64,000 bases of DNA from a bacterium UBP16_UBA6123 (GCA_002423385.1 DIVV01000135.1:8019-72018), one strand, 5' to 3'. Positions 9,348 to 19,064 are shown, numbered from the stretch's first letter. A program made the numbers and translations. Notes: a model not told the origin generated them from the letters alone.

Positions 9348-10694
9348 ATGAAAAAATTTGATACCGTAGTTATAGGCGGGGGTCCGGCGGGTATTACTGC
9401 CGCTATTTCGGCCAGACGCAATTATCCTCAAAAAAGCGTAGCCTTGATACGCAGGGAAGAACAGGTTATGATTCCCTGCGGCATTCCTTATATATTCGGC
9501 ACTCTTAAAACACCGGAGCAAAATTTGGCGCCCGATGCCGGGTTGAAAAATAATGCGATAGAACTAATAATAACCGGCGTCGACAAAATCGATGCAGAGA
9601 AAAAGTCTATTCAGACTCCCGGCGGCGAAATATCATGGGATAAACTAGTAATTGCTACCGGCTCGAGACCTTTCGTACCGCCGATACCGGGTAAAAATCT
9701 TAAAGGCGTATTTGATATAAAAAAGGATTCTAATTATCTTAAAGAACTTAAAAAACATATAGCGGAAGCTAAAAATATCGTGATCGTAGGCGGCGGTTTT
9801 ATAGGCGTGGAATTCGCTGATGAAATTGTTAAAACGGCCGGGAAAAGCGTTTCTATAATAGAAATGATGCCGAATTGCCTTGCTTTGTCTTACGACGCTG
9901 AATTTTGCATTGAAGCTGAAAAAAAATTGCGCGCGGCGGGCGTTAATGTATATACATCTACGCGCGTCGAATCTTTCGGAGGCGTCGAAAAGATTGAATT
10001 CGTTAAAATTTCTTCGGGCGAAAGCGTTCCGGCGGATCTTGTTATATTGGGGATAGGCGCTCATGCCGAAGTGGAACTGGCGCGCGCCGCGGGAATTGCA
10101 ATAGGGTCCAGCGGCGGCATAATCGTTGACCGTCGAATGGAAACCAGCGTTAAAAATATTTTTTCCTGCGGCGATTGCACTGAAAAATATTCATTTTTCG
10201 GCGGGCGGCTTTCACAGCTTAAATTAGCTTCCATAGCCACTCAGGAAGCCAGGATCGCGGGCGCCAATCTTTTTGAAACAAGGCTTCAGGGCGCCGGAAC
10301 GCTCGGAGTGTGGTCAACGATGATATCTTCAATGGCCTTTGCCACGGCGGGTCTTACGGAATCGGCGGCCGTGTCGATGGGATATCGCGTTATTACGACC
10401 AGCGTTGAAGGAATTAATCGCCATCCGGGCGTAATGCCGGGCGGCCATAACACTAAATTGAAGTTGGTCTTCGAGGCTTCGTCGTCGATTCTGCTTGGCG
10501 GCCAGGCTTGCGGAGGTGAGTCGGTCGGTGATATGGTCAACGTAGTGGCGGCATTAATACAAAAAAATATGAGAGCGGACGAAATCACTTTATTTCAAAT
10601 GGGAACGCATCCGGCGCTTTCGGCGTCTCCGATCGCTTATCATTTAGTCAACGCGGCTGAAATGGCCTGTCAGAAGTTTTTAAGTAAAGGTTAA
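9348..10694 (+). CDS. FAD-dependent pyridine nucleotide-disulfide oxidoreductase (NADH oxidase / CoA-disulfide reductase family)
   Basis: N-terminal GGGPAG FAD fold, single redox Cys in MIPCGIPYIFG (Nox/CoADR position), second GGGFIG NAD(P) fold, 448 aa. Confidence 0.7.
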   Translation: MKKFDTVVIGGGPAGITAAISARRNYPQKSVALIRREEQVMIPCGIPYIFGTLKTPEQNLAPDAGLKNNAIELIITGVDKIDAEKKSIQTPGGEISWDKLVIATGSRPFVPPIPGKNLKGVFDIKKDSNYLKELKKHIAEAKNIVIVGGGFIGVEFADEIVKTAGKSVSIIEMMPNCLALSYDAEFCIEAEKKLRAAGVNVYTSTRVESFGGVEKIEFVKISSGESVPADLVILGIGAHAEVELARAAGIAIGSSGGIIVDRRMETSVKNIFSCGDCTEKYSFFGGRLSQLKLASIATQEARIAGANLFETRLQGAGTLGVWSTMISSMAFATAGLTESAAVSMGYRVITTSVEGINRHPGVMPGGHNTKLKLVFEASSSILLGGQACGGESVGDMVNVVAALIQKNMRADEITLFQMGTHPALSASPIAYHLVNAAEMACQKFLSKG

Positions 10695-10826
10695 TAAATA
10701 GAAGTTTTTTGAGAGGATTAAAAATGGAGCTAAATTAAATATGAACTAAAAAGAGGGCTAAAGATAGAGTCGGAAAAAAATAAAAAAAGAGAACAAAAGA
10801 GAGGATCATAGAAAGGATTAAGCGTT

Positions 10827-11165
10827 ATGAGGAATTTAAAAGTTAATAATTTCTTTATGCTTATATTTTCATTTGCAGTATTGCTTAATTTATATTTTTA
10901 CTCGGCCGGTTTTTCTGGACCGGATTGCGATAACTGCCCGTTAAAAAGTTTATGCGACGAAACGGTTCTTGACTGCGGCCTGCCGCTTTGTGAGGATGAA
11001 GCGTTTAGAAAGTATTTCGACGCAAATACCGGAAAAGCTAAAGATAACGCATTGGAGCTTATCCGCGCCGAACTGAATTTAAGTACCGCCGAAGCGAATC
11101 TTGGCGCCGTTACAAACGAAGTTACCGTTGAAACAATTTTAAAAAAAGACGCGGTTATAAATTAA
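10827..11165 (+). CDS. Small Cys-rich secreted protein, hypothetical
   Basis: Signal-peptide-like N-terminus then CDNCPLKSLCDETVLDCGLPLC (6 Cys in 25 aa); purine-rich leader upstream. Confidence 0.35.
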   Translation: MRNLKVNNFFMLIFSFAVLLNLYFYSAGFSGPDCDNCPLKSLCDETVLDCGLPLCEDEAFRKYFDANTGKAKDNALELIRAELNLSTAEANLGAVTNEVTVETILKKDAVIN

Positions 11166-11188
11166 AAAGAAGGGATGGCATTTTTACT

Positions 11189-11596
11189 GTGAGTGTTGCA
11201 ATAGATAACGATAACGATAATAATAATTTTGACGCCATCGAATACGGCGATACAAATTTTGATTTAATGAAATTCTTCGGACAGATGAATGATCCGAGCT
11301 GCAGCTCATATATTAAAGGGCCGTGCGGCGATTTTATGGAATTTTATTTAATTTTTGATAAAAGCGGTAAAATTTCTGAAATCAACTATTATACCGAAGG
11401 CTGTGAGGCCACTAAAACGTGCGCTTCGGTGGCCTGCCATCTGGCATTGTATAAGAGCGTCGATGAAGCGCTTATGATTTCGGCGGGTATGATAGCCCGA
11501 AAAATAAAAGGGCTTCCCGACGATCATAAGCATTGCGCGATATTATCGGTCACATCTCTTTATCGGGCGCTCGCCGATTATCTGCTTATGCCCTGA
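11189..11596 (+). CDS. IscU/NifU N-terminal-domain-like Fe-S scaffold protein with Asp/Asn-rich N-terminal extension
   Basis: Three scaffold Cys motifs GPCGD, GCEAT, KHCAIL align to IscU ACGD / GCGS / HCS positions; listed start is GTG at 11189; alternative ATG at 11267. Confidence 0.55.
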   Translation: MSVAIDNDNDNNNFDAIEYGDTNFDLMKFFGQMNDPSCSSYIKGPCGDFMEFYLIFDKSGKISEINYYTEGCEATKTCASVACHLALYKSVDEALMISAGMIARKIKGLPDDHKHCAILSVTSLYRALADYLLMP

Positions 11597-11655
11597 CGGC
11601 GGCTGGATGTATTAAAAAAAGTGGCTCTTATTCATTTCATGTGGGTAAGTTTATC

Positions 11656-11794
11656 AGTGAATAGTGTAGAGTGGATAGTGAATAGTTGAGGCTGGGGCTC
11701 GCCCTGCGAGCTTTATATATAAAATATTTAAATACGCCTTATCGAAATTTCCAAAAGTCCTTTAGTTCTCAACTCTCCACTCTGAACTCTTAAC
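11656..11794. repeat. Imperfect long inverted repeat (arms ~35 nt) flanking a GC-rich core inside a 460-bp intergenic region
   Basis: Left arm cagtgaatagtgtagagtggatagtgaatagttgagg (11656-11692) is near-complementary to right arm ttagttctcaactctccactctgaactcttaac (11762-11794); left arm also contains internal direct repeats AGTG(A/G)ATAGTG. Confidence 0.35.
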
Positions 11795-12057
11795 TTAATT
11801 TAAATATTTTACCCATACGATATGAAAAAGAACCAAAAAAGTATAATGATGGCATGATTAATGCGATATGATCTATAAAGTGTTTAATTATAATGAATCT
11901 ACTCTACAAAGTTGAAAAAAGGCAAAAATATTCATTAAAACTATTTAAAATAGATTATCAAAATTCAAAAAAACGACTTTTTAGAATTAATTCATTTATA
12001 AACACGAAAAAAATTCATAGCTTGCTATAAAAAAAATTCATATTCGAGGAGTTTACT

Positions 12058-12537
12058 ATGAAAAAACGGATCATGCCTTATTTAATCGGAGTATTTGCTG
12101 GTGCGGCCTTAATGTTAATATTAACCGCTTTTTTAATGCCTAAAATTATGATTTTAGAAGACGTTTCACCTCTTGGTTACGATGAAGCGCTTAAAGTTAT
12201 AAAAGATAAAACGGCGGAGCTGAAGTGGAAGATACCTGTAGTTCATGAATTGCATAAGAGCATGGAAAAAGAAGGTTATACGGTTGAAAAAGCCGCCGTG
12301 GTCGAAATTTGCAAGGCCGATTACGCCGCTGAAATTTTACAGACCGATAACGCTCGTAACGTAACATCGTTAATGCCGTGCAGGATAGCTTTATACAGGA
12401 CATCCGACGGAAAAACGATAATTTCGAGAATGAATACAGGCCTTATGAGCAAACTTTTCGGCGGAAAGGTTACGGAAGTCATGGCTAAAGCCACTTTCGA
12501 CAGCGAGCAGATAATATCTGCGCTGCTAAAGCCTTAA
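12058..12537 (+). CDS. DUF302 domain protein
   Basis: 159 aa, N-terminal TM/signal, core with MPCRIALY motif typical of DUF302; GAGGAG RBS. Confidence 0.55.
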   Translation: MKKRIMPYLIGVFAGAALMLILTAFLMPKIMILEDVSPLGYDEALKVIKDKTAELKWKIPVVHELHKSMEKEGYTVEKAAVVEICKADYAAEILQTDNARNVTSLMPCRIALYRTSDGKTIISRMNTGLMSKLFGGKVTEVMAKATFDSEQIISALLKP

Positions 12538-12623
12538 ATTGTAAAAGCCTGTTTTGCGAAGCGGCGATAACATGTCATAAGGTTGAATGTAATCCGCTTT
12601 ATTAAATAATAAATCGAGGATAT

Positions 12624-13412
12624 ATGAAAATAACGGATGATCTCGGCAGAACGTTTTATTTTAAAAGGCAGCCGCGGCGCATAATTTCTTTGTGCCCTTC
12701 GGTAAGCGAAACTTTATTCGATTTGGGCCTTGAAGATTATCTGATCGGCAGGACCGATTATTGCGTTCATCCGCAAAATAAAATAGAGTCGATACAGAGC
12801 GTCGGCGGGCCTAAAAGCGTTTCAATACAGCTCCTTGAATCTTTGTGCCCGGATATAATCCTGGCGGTCAAAGAAGAAAATGATAAAAAAACTCTTGAAA
12901 GCCTCGCCGCGCTTTATTACAAATGTTTTATATTCGACGTAAATACTTTTTCAGATGCGCTTAATATGATCGAAAAAATCGGAACCATATTCGGCCGCGA
13001 AGCGCGGGCACTGGCTATGGCAGAAGATATTAAAAAAGGTTTCGAGGACGCCGGGCAAATTTCTAAAAAACTCAATTTTATTTATATGACCTGGAGTTCG
13101 CCTTATATCGCCGCGGGCACCGGCAATTATATAAATTCGCTGATTGCCGGCCTCGGTTTTAATAACTGCCTTTCAAATCACATTAACCGATATGTAAGGC
13201 TTTCTTTAAGCGATCTTAAGAAATTATCGCCGGATATAGTATTTCTTCCCTCCGAGCCTTATAATTATACGGTTTATGATAAATTAAAATTCGAAAAAAT
13301 ATTCCCGTCGGCCCGCGCTGTTTTAGTTGACGGCGAAATGTTCTGCTGGTACGGCTCGCGTATGATAAAGGCGGCGCCGTATATTAAAAATTTATTTAAA
13401 GAAATAATGTGA
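12624..13412 (+). CDS. Periplasmic binding protein, BtuF/Fe-siderophore (TroA-like class III) family
   Basis: RRIISLCPSVSETLFDLGL N-terminus typical of cobalamin/iron-siderophore SBPs (PF01497-like); 262 aa. Confidence 0.55.
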   Translation: MKITDDLGRTFYFKRQPRRIISLCPSVSETLFDLGLEDYLIGRTDYCVHPQNKIESIQSVGGPKSVSIQLLESLCPDIILAVKEENDKKTLESLAALYYKCFIFDVNTFSDALNMIEKIGTIFGREARALAMAEDIKKGFEDAGQISKKLNFIYMTWSSPYIAAGTGNYINSLIAGLGFNNCLSNHINRYVRLSLSDLKKLSPDIVFLPSEPYNYTVYDKLKFEKIFPSARAVLVDGEMFCWYGSRMIKAAPYIKNLFKEIM

Positions 13413-13444
13413 AATAAGATTAAGAAAAAAATAAGAAAAAAATA

Positions 13445-13473
13445 TTGACATTAAAAATTTAATATGTTAAAAT
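13445..13473 (+). promoter_or_regulatory. Sigma-70-type promoter (TTGACA-17-TAAAAT with extended TGn) upstream of peroxiredoxin gene
   Basis: TTGACA at 13445-13450, 17-nt spacer, TGtTAAAAT at 13465-13473; lies in AT-rich spacer 150 nt upstream of start codon. Confidence 0.4.
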
Positions 13474-13625
13474 AAATAATAATAAGAATTATTACTAATT
13501 AATTAAAAGCTAATATATCGGTTTTGATGTTTATATAAATGAATAATTTAAAATAAGTTAAATTATAGTATTGTATTCCAGGCCGCGTCGTTACTGCGGT
13601 AATTTATAATAGAAGGAGAAAAAAT

Positions 13626-14351
13626 ATGTCTAATGAAACAATGAAACCCGTAGTAGAATCCATGCCCCGTATAGGCGATAAAGCGCCTTCATTCAAAGCC
13701 GTAACCACACAGGGTGATATTAATTTTCCCGATCAATATCAGGGCAGTTGGGTAATATTATTCAGTCATCCCGCCGATTTTACCCCCGTATGCACTTCTG
13801 AATTCATGACTTTTGCGAGCCTCGAACCTCAGTTCAATGAAATCAACTGCAAGCTCGTAGGTCTTTCCATAGACGGCCTTTACAGTCATATCGCGTGGCT
13901 GCGTTCATTAAAGGAAAAAATCGAATATAAGGGCATGAAAAATATAGAAGTAAAATTCCCTCTCATCGAAGATATAACCATGGAAGTAGCTAAAAAATAC
14001 GGCATGATCCAGCCTGGCGAAAGCATGACCAAAGCCGTCCGCGCGGTATTTGTAATCGATCCGAAAGGCTTCATCCGCACGGTAATTTACTATCCAGCCA
14101 GCCTCGGCAGAAATTTCGATGAAATATACAGAGTAGTAGTGGCGCTTCAAACCGCCGACGCTTTTAAAGTTGCAACTCCCGCAGACTGGCGCCCGGGCGA
14201 CGACGTAATAGTTCCGCCGGCAGGCTCCTGCGGCGTGGCTAAAGACCGCATGGAAGGCAAAGAAGATATCAAATGTTACGACTGGTATTTCTGCACTAAA
14301 AAACTCGATAAAGAAACGATTATGAAAGAAATTAAAAAAACGGCGAAGTAA
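13626..14351 (+). CDS. Peroxiredoxin (Prx6/1-Cys-type, thioredoxin fold)
   Basis: Peroxidatic Cys motif FTPVCTSE, DKAPSFKAVTTQGDINF N-terminus, 241 aa; GAAGGAG RBS. Confidence 0.8.
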   Translation: MSNETMKPVVESMPRIGDKAPSFKAVTTQGDINFPDQYQGSWVILFSHPADFTPVCTSEFMTFASLEPQFNEINCKLVGLSIDGLYSHIAWLRSLKEKIEYKGMKNIEVKFPLIEDITMEVAKKYGMIQPGESMTKAVRAVFVIDPKGFIRTVIYYPASLGRNFDEIYRVVVALQTADAFKVATPADWRPGDDVIVPPAGSCGVAKDRMEGKEDIKCYDWYFCTKKLDKETIMKEIKKTAK

Positions 14352-14371
14352 AACCGCAAAAAAAATAAAAA

Positions 14372-14407
14372 AGCCGGCCGAATATTTTTCAGGCCGGCTT
14401 TTTTATT
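14372..14407. terminator. Rho-independent terminator between convergent genes
   Basis: agccggcc (14372-14379) / ggccggct (14392-14399) 8-bp GC stem, 12-nt loop, followed by TTTTTATT; A-run on the other side allows bidirectional function. Confidence 0.6.
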
Positions 14408-14439
14408 ACGGAAATCTATTCCTTTTAAAATAAATTGGT

Positions 14440-15210
14440 TTATGATAACATTCTTAAATAATCATTTTGGGTTTCTTTCACGCATTGAGCCACAAGTTTG
14501 ATGAAATCGTTCTCGTCATGTTCGGCCCTGCGTATTGCCTGAATATATTCTGATCTCAGTATTGGCGGAATGATCGCTATTAAATAATTATGCTGCATTA
14601 AGGCTAAATTCATAAGTAACCTTGAAACGCGTCCGTTGCCATCGGTAAAAGGATGTATATACACCAGTTCTTTATGGAGTTTAGCGGCATAAACAACCGG
14701 ATGGTTTTCTTTTTCTAAATTTTTGATGTTACCGGCAAACTTGCTCATAAGCCCTGAAATTTTTTCCGGTTTCGGTAATTTTTGATCGGAGCCGGTTATA
14801 ATCACTTCACAACGTCGATAACAACCTGCGCAGTTTTTATTTACCCGGTTGTAAAATAATTTGTGTAAATATTTAATATTTTTTTCGGTAATTTCTTTAG
14901 TTTTAAGCAGTTTATAAATATAATCGTAAGCGTCGCTGTGGCCGGCAGCCTCATAATGGTCATTCAACGGTTTTCCGCCAATTGTTATGCCGTCTTCTAA
15001 AACAATTTTCGTTTCAGTTTCGGTAAGAGAATTACCTTCAAGGGCGTTGCTCGTATAAGTGAAACTGACGCGATAATATTGCCGCAATTGTTTAGCCATA
15101 TTGGGAGGCAGGGGCCGCATTTCATTAATTTGTTTTTGCTGTTTATCTATTTTATTTAAAAGTTCATTTAATTTTGTAGATGAAAACACTATTAAAAAAC
15201 CTCGTTTCAA
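14440..15210 (-). CDS. Fic family protein (AMPylation/Fic-Doc fold)
   Basis: Canonical Fic motif HPFTDGNGRVSRLL; listed start codon is TTG at 15208-15210; first in-frame ATG is 30 codons downstream (MRPLPP). Confidence 0.75.
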   Translation of the reverse strand: MKRGFLIVFSSTKLNELLNKIDKQQKQINEMRPLPPNMAKQLRQYYRVSFTYTSNALEGNSLTETETKIVLEDGITIGGKPLNDHYEAAGHSDAYDYIYKLLKTKEITEKNIKYLHKLFYNRVNKNCAGCYRRCEVIITGSDQKLPKPEKISGLMSKFAGNIKNLEKENHPVVYAAKLHKELVYIHPFTDGNGRVSRLLMNLALMQHNYLIAIIPPILRSEYIQAIRRAEHDENDFIKLVAQCVKETQNDYLRMLS

Positions 15211-15270
15211 TTTCGGTTAGCTTAATACTGTATAGTTAAGTTTTTAATATAAAAATATGAGATGTTTTTT

Positions 15271-15780
15271 TTACTTCCATGTCTCATCAAGTTTATCTTT
15301 ATAATAAGAAATCGCCCGTTCATATTTTTGGATAGCGGGATCGGAACTTGTTTCGATAATATTACGCAGTAATATTTCCATCGCTTCGGCGTGCCGGCCA
15401 AGGTTATAAAGCGACATCGACATAAAAATCTGCAGCGCGCGGTTTTGCGGAAAAGCGCGCGAACCCCGTTCGAGCGTTTCAAAAGACTTTTCATATTCGC
15501 CGATCGTGCGGTAAGTGCTGCCCAGGCCGAGAAACGCGCCTTCGAGGTCGGCGCCTTCGAGGTCGGCGCCTTTGAGTCCGCACTTAATCGCGCTTACATA
15601 ATATGGAACGGCTTGCGTCTCGAGTCCGAGCCTGTCATGCGTCCATGCGCACTGATAATTAGCGAGCGCGTCGTCCGGCCTCTCTTTAAGAACTTCGAGT
15701 AAAAGATTTTTCGCTTCTTCGGTTTTGCCTTCTTCACGAAGACCGATTGCGGTTTTAATTCTCGAATCCATTTTTAACAC
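15271..15780 (-). CDS. Tetratricopeptide-repeat protein
   Basis: TPR-like helix pairs (AxxxY/LG spacing); contains in-frame 15-nt tandem duplication encoding GADLEGADLEGA. Confidence 0.55.
   Translation of the reverse strand: MLKMDSRIKTAIGLREEGKTEEAKNLLLEVLKERPDDALANYQCAWTHDRLGLETQAVPYYVSAIKCGLKGADLEGADLEGAFLGLGSTYRTIGEYEKSFETLERGSRAFPQNRALQIFMSMSLYNLGRHAEAMEILLRNIIETSSDPAIQKYERAISYYKDKLDETWK
15536..15576. repeat. 15-nt tandem repeat (gcgccttcgaggtcg x ~2.7) inside TPR gene
   Basis: Seen directly: units at 15536-15550 and 15551-15565, then partial copy; in-frame on the minus strand. Confidence 0.8.
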
Positions 15781-16160
15781 CGCCTGAGTAATATTAATTT
15801 TTCATAGTAATCTCATAATAACAAAGTATTGCCGAAATGTCTATTATTTTATATTTTTATGTCAAATTTTTAATATTTTTTACATGTATGCTTTAAGTAT
15901 ATCAGCTTTTATACATCCCATAAACTGAGTTATCGACTTTCAAAATATCGGCTTCATTTGCGTCCGCTTTTTAATATGAAGAGACCGAACTAAAAAACTG
16001 ATTGAAAAAATATTGCCCATGCGATATAATTAATATATGATTTCAAGAATTAAAAAGTTTGTATATTTTAATAAATTCATTAATAATAAATTTTAAAAGT
16101 TGTTTAATTCTGATTATTATATCTGATTATTTAAACGATCGTTATATTTCAGGGGGTTAT

Positions 16161-17339
16161 ATGAATTACAGAAAAATGGCTGGAGAAGAATTATCTATAT
16201 TGGGTTTTGGCGCGATGCGCCTGCCGAATGATAATGGTAAAGTTGATGAAAACGCAGCGGTTTCTTTAATTAGAAAAGGCGTGGATATGGGCATAAACTA
16301 CATCGATACGGCCTATGTTTATCATAACGGTGAAAGTGAAACTATAGTGGGTAAAGCGCTTTCCGGCAGTTATGCGCGCGGCGCCAGAATAGCCACTAAA
16401 CTTCCGCTGTGGCTGTGCAACGAAACCGGCGATTTCGATAAATATCTCGGAGAGCAGCTTAAAAGGCTCGGACGCGATCATATAGATTTTTATTTAGTAC
16501 ACGCCCTTGGCGGCGAGGCCTGGAAAAAGGCGCAGAAACTCGAAATAGTGAAAAAAATGGAAAAAGCCAGAGCCGACGGCCGCATCGGCCATATAGGTTT
16601 TTCGTTTCATGACCGTTTCGAGAGCTTTGTTGAAATAATAGACGCCTATAATTGGGAATTTTGTCAGATACAATTTAACTATATGGACGAGAATTTTCAG
16701 GCGGGCGGAAAGGGCCTTCAATACGCCCATGAAAAAGGCGTCGGAGTGATCGTAATGGAGCCTCTTCGCGGCGGAAGCCTAGCTATCAATCTTCCACAGA
16801 GCGTTTATAAAGAACTTAATTCAGGCTTTGCCGGCCGCACCGCCGCCGACTGGGCGCTGAGCTTCGTGTGGGACCGGCCCGAAACGGCGGTGGCGTTAAG
16901 CGGCATGAATACGCTGGCGCAGTTGGAGGAAAACGCCGGGATCGCTTCAAGACCGTTAACACGCTCTGGCGGCTTTTTTACGGAGGCCGAACACCGGGCG
17001 GTAGAAAAGGCGCGTGAAGAATTTTTAAAATTGATAAAAGTGCCCTGCACCAACTGCGGATATTGCCTGCCCTGTAAAGCAGGCGTTGATATACCGCTTA
17101 ATTTCACGCTTTATAATTCTACCTTTATGTATGCTAATACTAATTCGGCAAGGCTCAGTTATAATATGTTCATGCCGCCTCATAAAAGAGCCTCGGCATG
17201 CGTTAACTGCGGCGAGTGCCTGGGGAAGTGCCCGCAGAAAATAGAAATAGCCGCCCGGCTTAAACAGACCCATCAGACGCTTTATATGCCTTCTAACGCC
17301 GATAATTCGACGGTAAAAAAACGAGAATTACAGAAATAA
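16161..17339 (+). CDS. Aldo/keto reductase fused to C-terminal 4Fe-4S ferredoxin domain
   Basis: AKR N-terminus (LGFGAMRLP, IDTAYVYHNGESE); C-terminal CTNCGYCLPC...CVNCGECLGKCP Cys clusters; start chosen at MNYRK (16161) with AGGGGG RBS rather than upstream 16059. Confidence 0.7.
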   Translation: MNYRKMAGEELSILGFGAMRLPNDNGKVDENAAVSLIRKGVDMGINYIDTAYVYHNGESETIVGKALSGSYARGARIATKLPLWLCNETGDFDKYLGEQLKRLGRDHIDFYLVHALGGEAWKKAQKLEIVKKMEKARADGRIGHIGFSFHDRFESFVEIIDAYNWEFCQIQFNYMDENFQAGGKGLQYAHEKGVGVIVMEPLRGGSLAINLPQSVYKELNSGFAGRTAADWALSFVWDRPETAVALSGMNTLAQLEENAGIASRPLTRSGGFFTEAEHRAVEKAREEFLKLIKVPCTNCGYCLPCKAGVDIPLNFTLYNSTFMYANTNSARLSYNMFMPPHKRASACVNCGECLGKCPQKIEIAARLKQTHQTLYMPSNADNSTVKKRELQK

Positions 17340-17415
17340 AAAAACAGAAAATTCCGAATATTAAAAGGTTGTTTATATTATATGAAATCAGCCGCTATAA
17401 AATCTTTTTCTAAAA

Positions 17416-18177
17416 TTATCTGGCGTGCCCGGTCTTTTTTGCCTTGAAGCATATAAAAAGCGGGAATTTCATCAGTTTTTCAAAACTGCGCCCGTCCGCT
17501 TCCTTAAATTTATCGGTGGGTTTCGGTTCGAGGATATTCTCGATAACAAAGCCGTTGGCGCTCAGAGCTCCTGAAATAGAGCCGAGGCTGTGATAATAAC
17601 CCGGCATGTTTACGCTTCCGCCAAAACCATCCCAGTCACAGGATACGCGGCGGGTTTCAAAATAATTTTTAATGCCGAAATATCTGTATGAAAAGAAAGG
17701 GTGTTCGGTTGAAAAAACAAACCATCCGCCCATTTTAGTTACACGGTTGATCTCGCCGAAGAGCCTGGCGTGGTCTTTTATATAAGTGATCGCCAGCGCG
17801 CTCAACACACCGTCGAAAATTTCGTCGCCGAAAAAATCGAGAGGCTCTTCCATATTGGCTTTTATAATTTCAGCCCTGCCTTTAAGCCTTTTTTTAGCGT
17901 GCCCGATCATTTTATCGCTGGCGTCAACGGCCGTGACGGATGCTCCGCGCCCGGCGAGCCATTCGGCGTATACGCCGGGGCCGCAGCCGATATCGAGTAT
18001 TTTCATTCCCTCGACGCGGCCTATAAGTGACTGAACGGCCGGCCGGTCGTAGTAAGCATTATGGGGCTTGTTATCGATAAGCTCCGCGTAGCGGTCGGCA
18101 AGTTCTTCATAGGCGTCATAGGCAAGATTTTTTTTCATAAGCTCTCCCCGCATATCTTTTAAATCGGTATTTGTCAT
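17416..18177 (-). CDS. Class I SAM-dependent methyltransferase
   Basis: Motif I ILDIGCGPGVYAEWLA; ~250 aa; better RBS (GGGGAGAG) supports start at 18138 (MKKNLAYD). Confidence 0.65.
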   Translation of the reverse strand: MTNTDLKDMRGELMKKNLAYDAYEELADRYAELIDNKPHNAYYDRPAVQSLIGRVEGMKILDIGCGPGVYAEWLAGRGASVTAVDASDKMIGHAKKRLKGRAEIIKANMEEPLDFFGDEIFDGVLSALAITYIKDHARLFGEINRVTKMGGWFVFSTEHPFFSYRYFGIKNYFETRRVSCDWDGFGGSVNMPGYYHSLGSISGALSANGFVIENILEPKPTDKFKEADGRSFEKLMKFPLFICFKAKKTGHAR

Positions 18178-18414
18178 TATTAACGGTGAGTATTATAATA
18201 TCACGCAATGAATAAGTCAATTCATTTTTATGTGCGATTTAACCCGAAAAATACAATTAAAGTTTGATGTTATTCGAAAAGGCTTGTTTTGTCTTATTTT
18301 TCTTAAATAACGGATAAAATTACACCTTGATATTTTATAATGCGTCTGATATAATCAATAGCGATTAGATTATAAATAACGGATCGTCTATTAATCGATG
18401 AAGGAGAAGTTGCC

Positions 18415-18993
18415 TTGCCGGGAAAAATCAAGTTATTATTTATCGATTTTATAAAATCGGTCAGAGATCTAAGTTATTTATTTTATATTCTCAAATGCGT
18501 TTTAGGCGCCTCGATCTGTTACGGGTTTTACAGGTACTTTCCGAATCATCAGTTCAGTTGGAGCATAGTTTCAGTCCTTTTAGTCATCGCGCCCGAAAGC
18601 GCGGACTCGATACGCCTCGCCTTCGACAGGATGAAAGCAAATATCCTCGGCGCCTCCGTGGGCATGACGGTTTTTATAGTTCATACTCCTGAATTTATAA
18701 GTCTTTTCGTCGCGATAATAACCACGATACTGCTCGCCACTTTTATAAAGCTCGGCGGCGCGTCAAGATCGGCCCTGGCGGCTCTAGCCATAGTTCTAAT
18801 ACAGGAAAATGAGAAAAATACATGGCGTTCCGCGCTCGAAAGAATGGGCTGCGTGGTGAGCGGCTGCCTCGCCGGACTTCTGGTGACGGTTATTTTTTAT
18901 AAAATAGAAATTTATATAATCAATAAAAGAAAAGTTATTGAAACGCATTCTAAATCGGCAAATGAGCCAGTGGAGCTCGATGCGGGCGAGTAA
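18415..18993 (+). CDS. Small polytopic membrane protein, possibly FUSC/aromatic-acid-exporter-like
   Basis: TTG start with AGGAGA RBS; 4-5 hydrophobic helices; weak resemblance to the ArAE/FUSC N-terminal region. Confidence 0.3.
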   Translation: MPGKIKLLFIDFIKSVRDLSYLFYILKCVLGASICYGFYRYFPNHQFSWSIVSVLLVIAPESADSIRLAFDRMKANILGASVGMTVFIVHTPEFISLFVAIITTILLATFIKLGGASRSALAALAIVLIQENEKNTWRSALERMGCVVSGCLAGLLVTVIFYKIEIYIINKRKVIETHSKSANEPVELDAGE

Positions 18994-19064
18994 GCGCGTC
19001 TCGGAGCGTTTTTTTGTTAAAGTCAATAAGGTCGCATAAAATTCAAAATTCATGGGAGGTTATT

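Noticed and set aside
15222-15494. 90-aa minus-strand ORF overlapping the TPR gene
   Set aside because: Out-of-frame overlap with a better-supported TPR-repeat ORF, Arg/Cys-rich low-complexity translation, no RBS. Treated as spurious.
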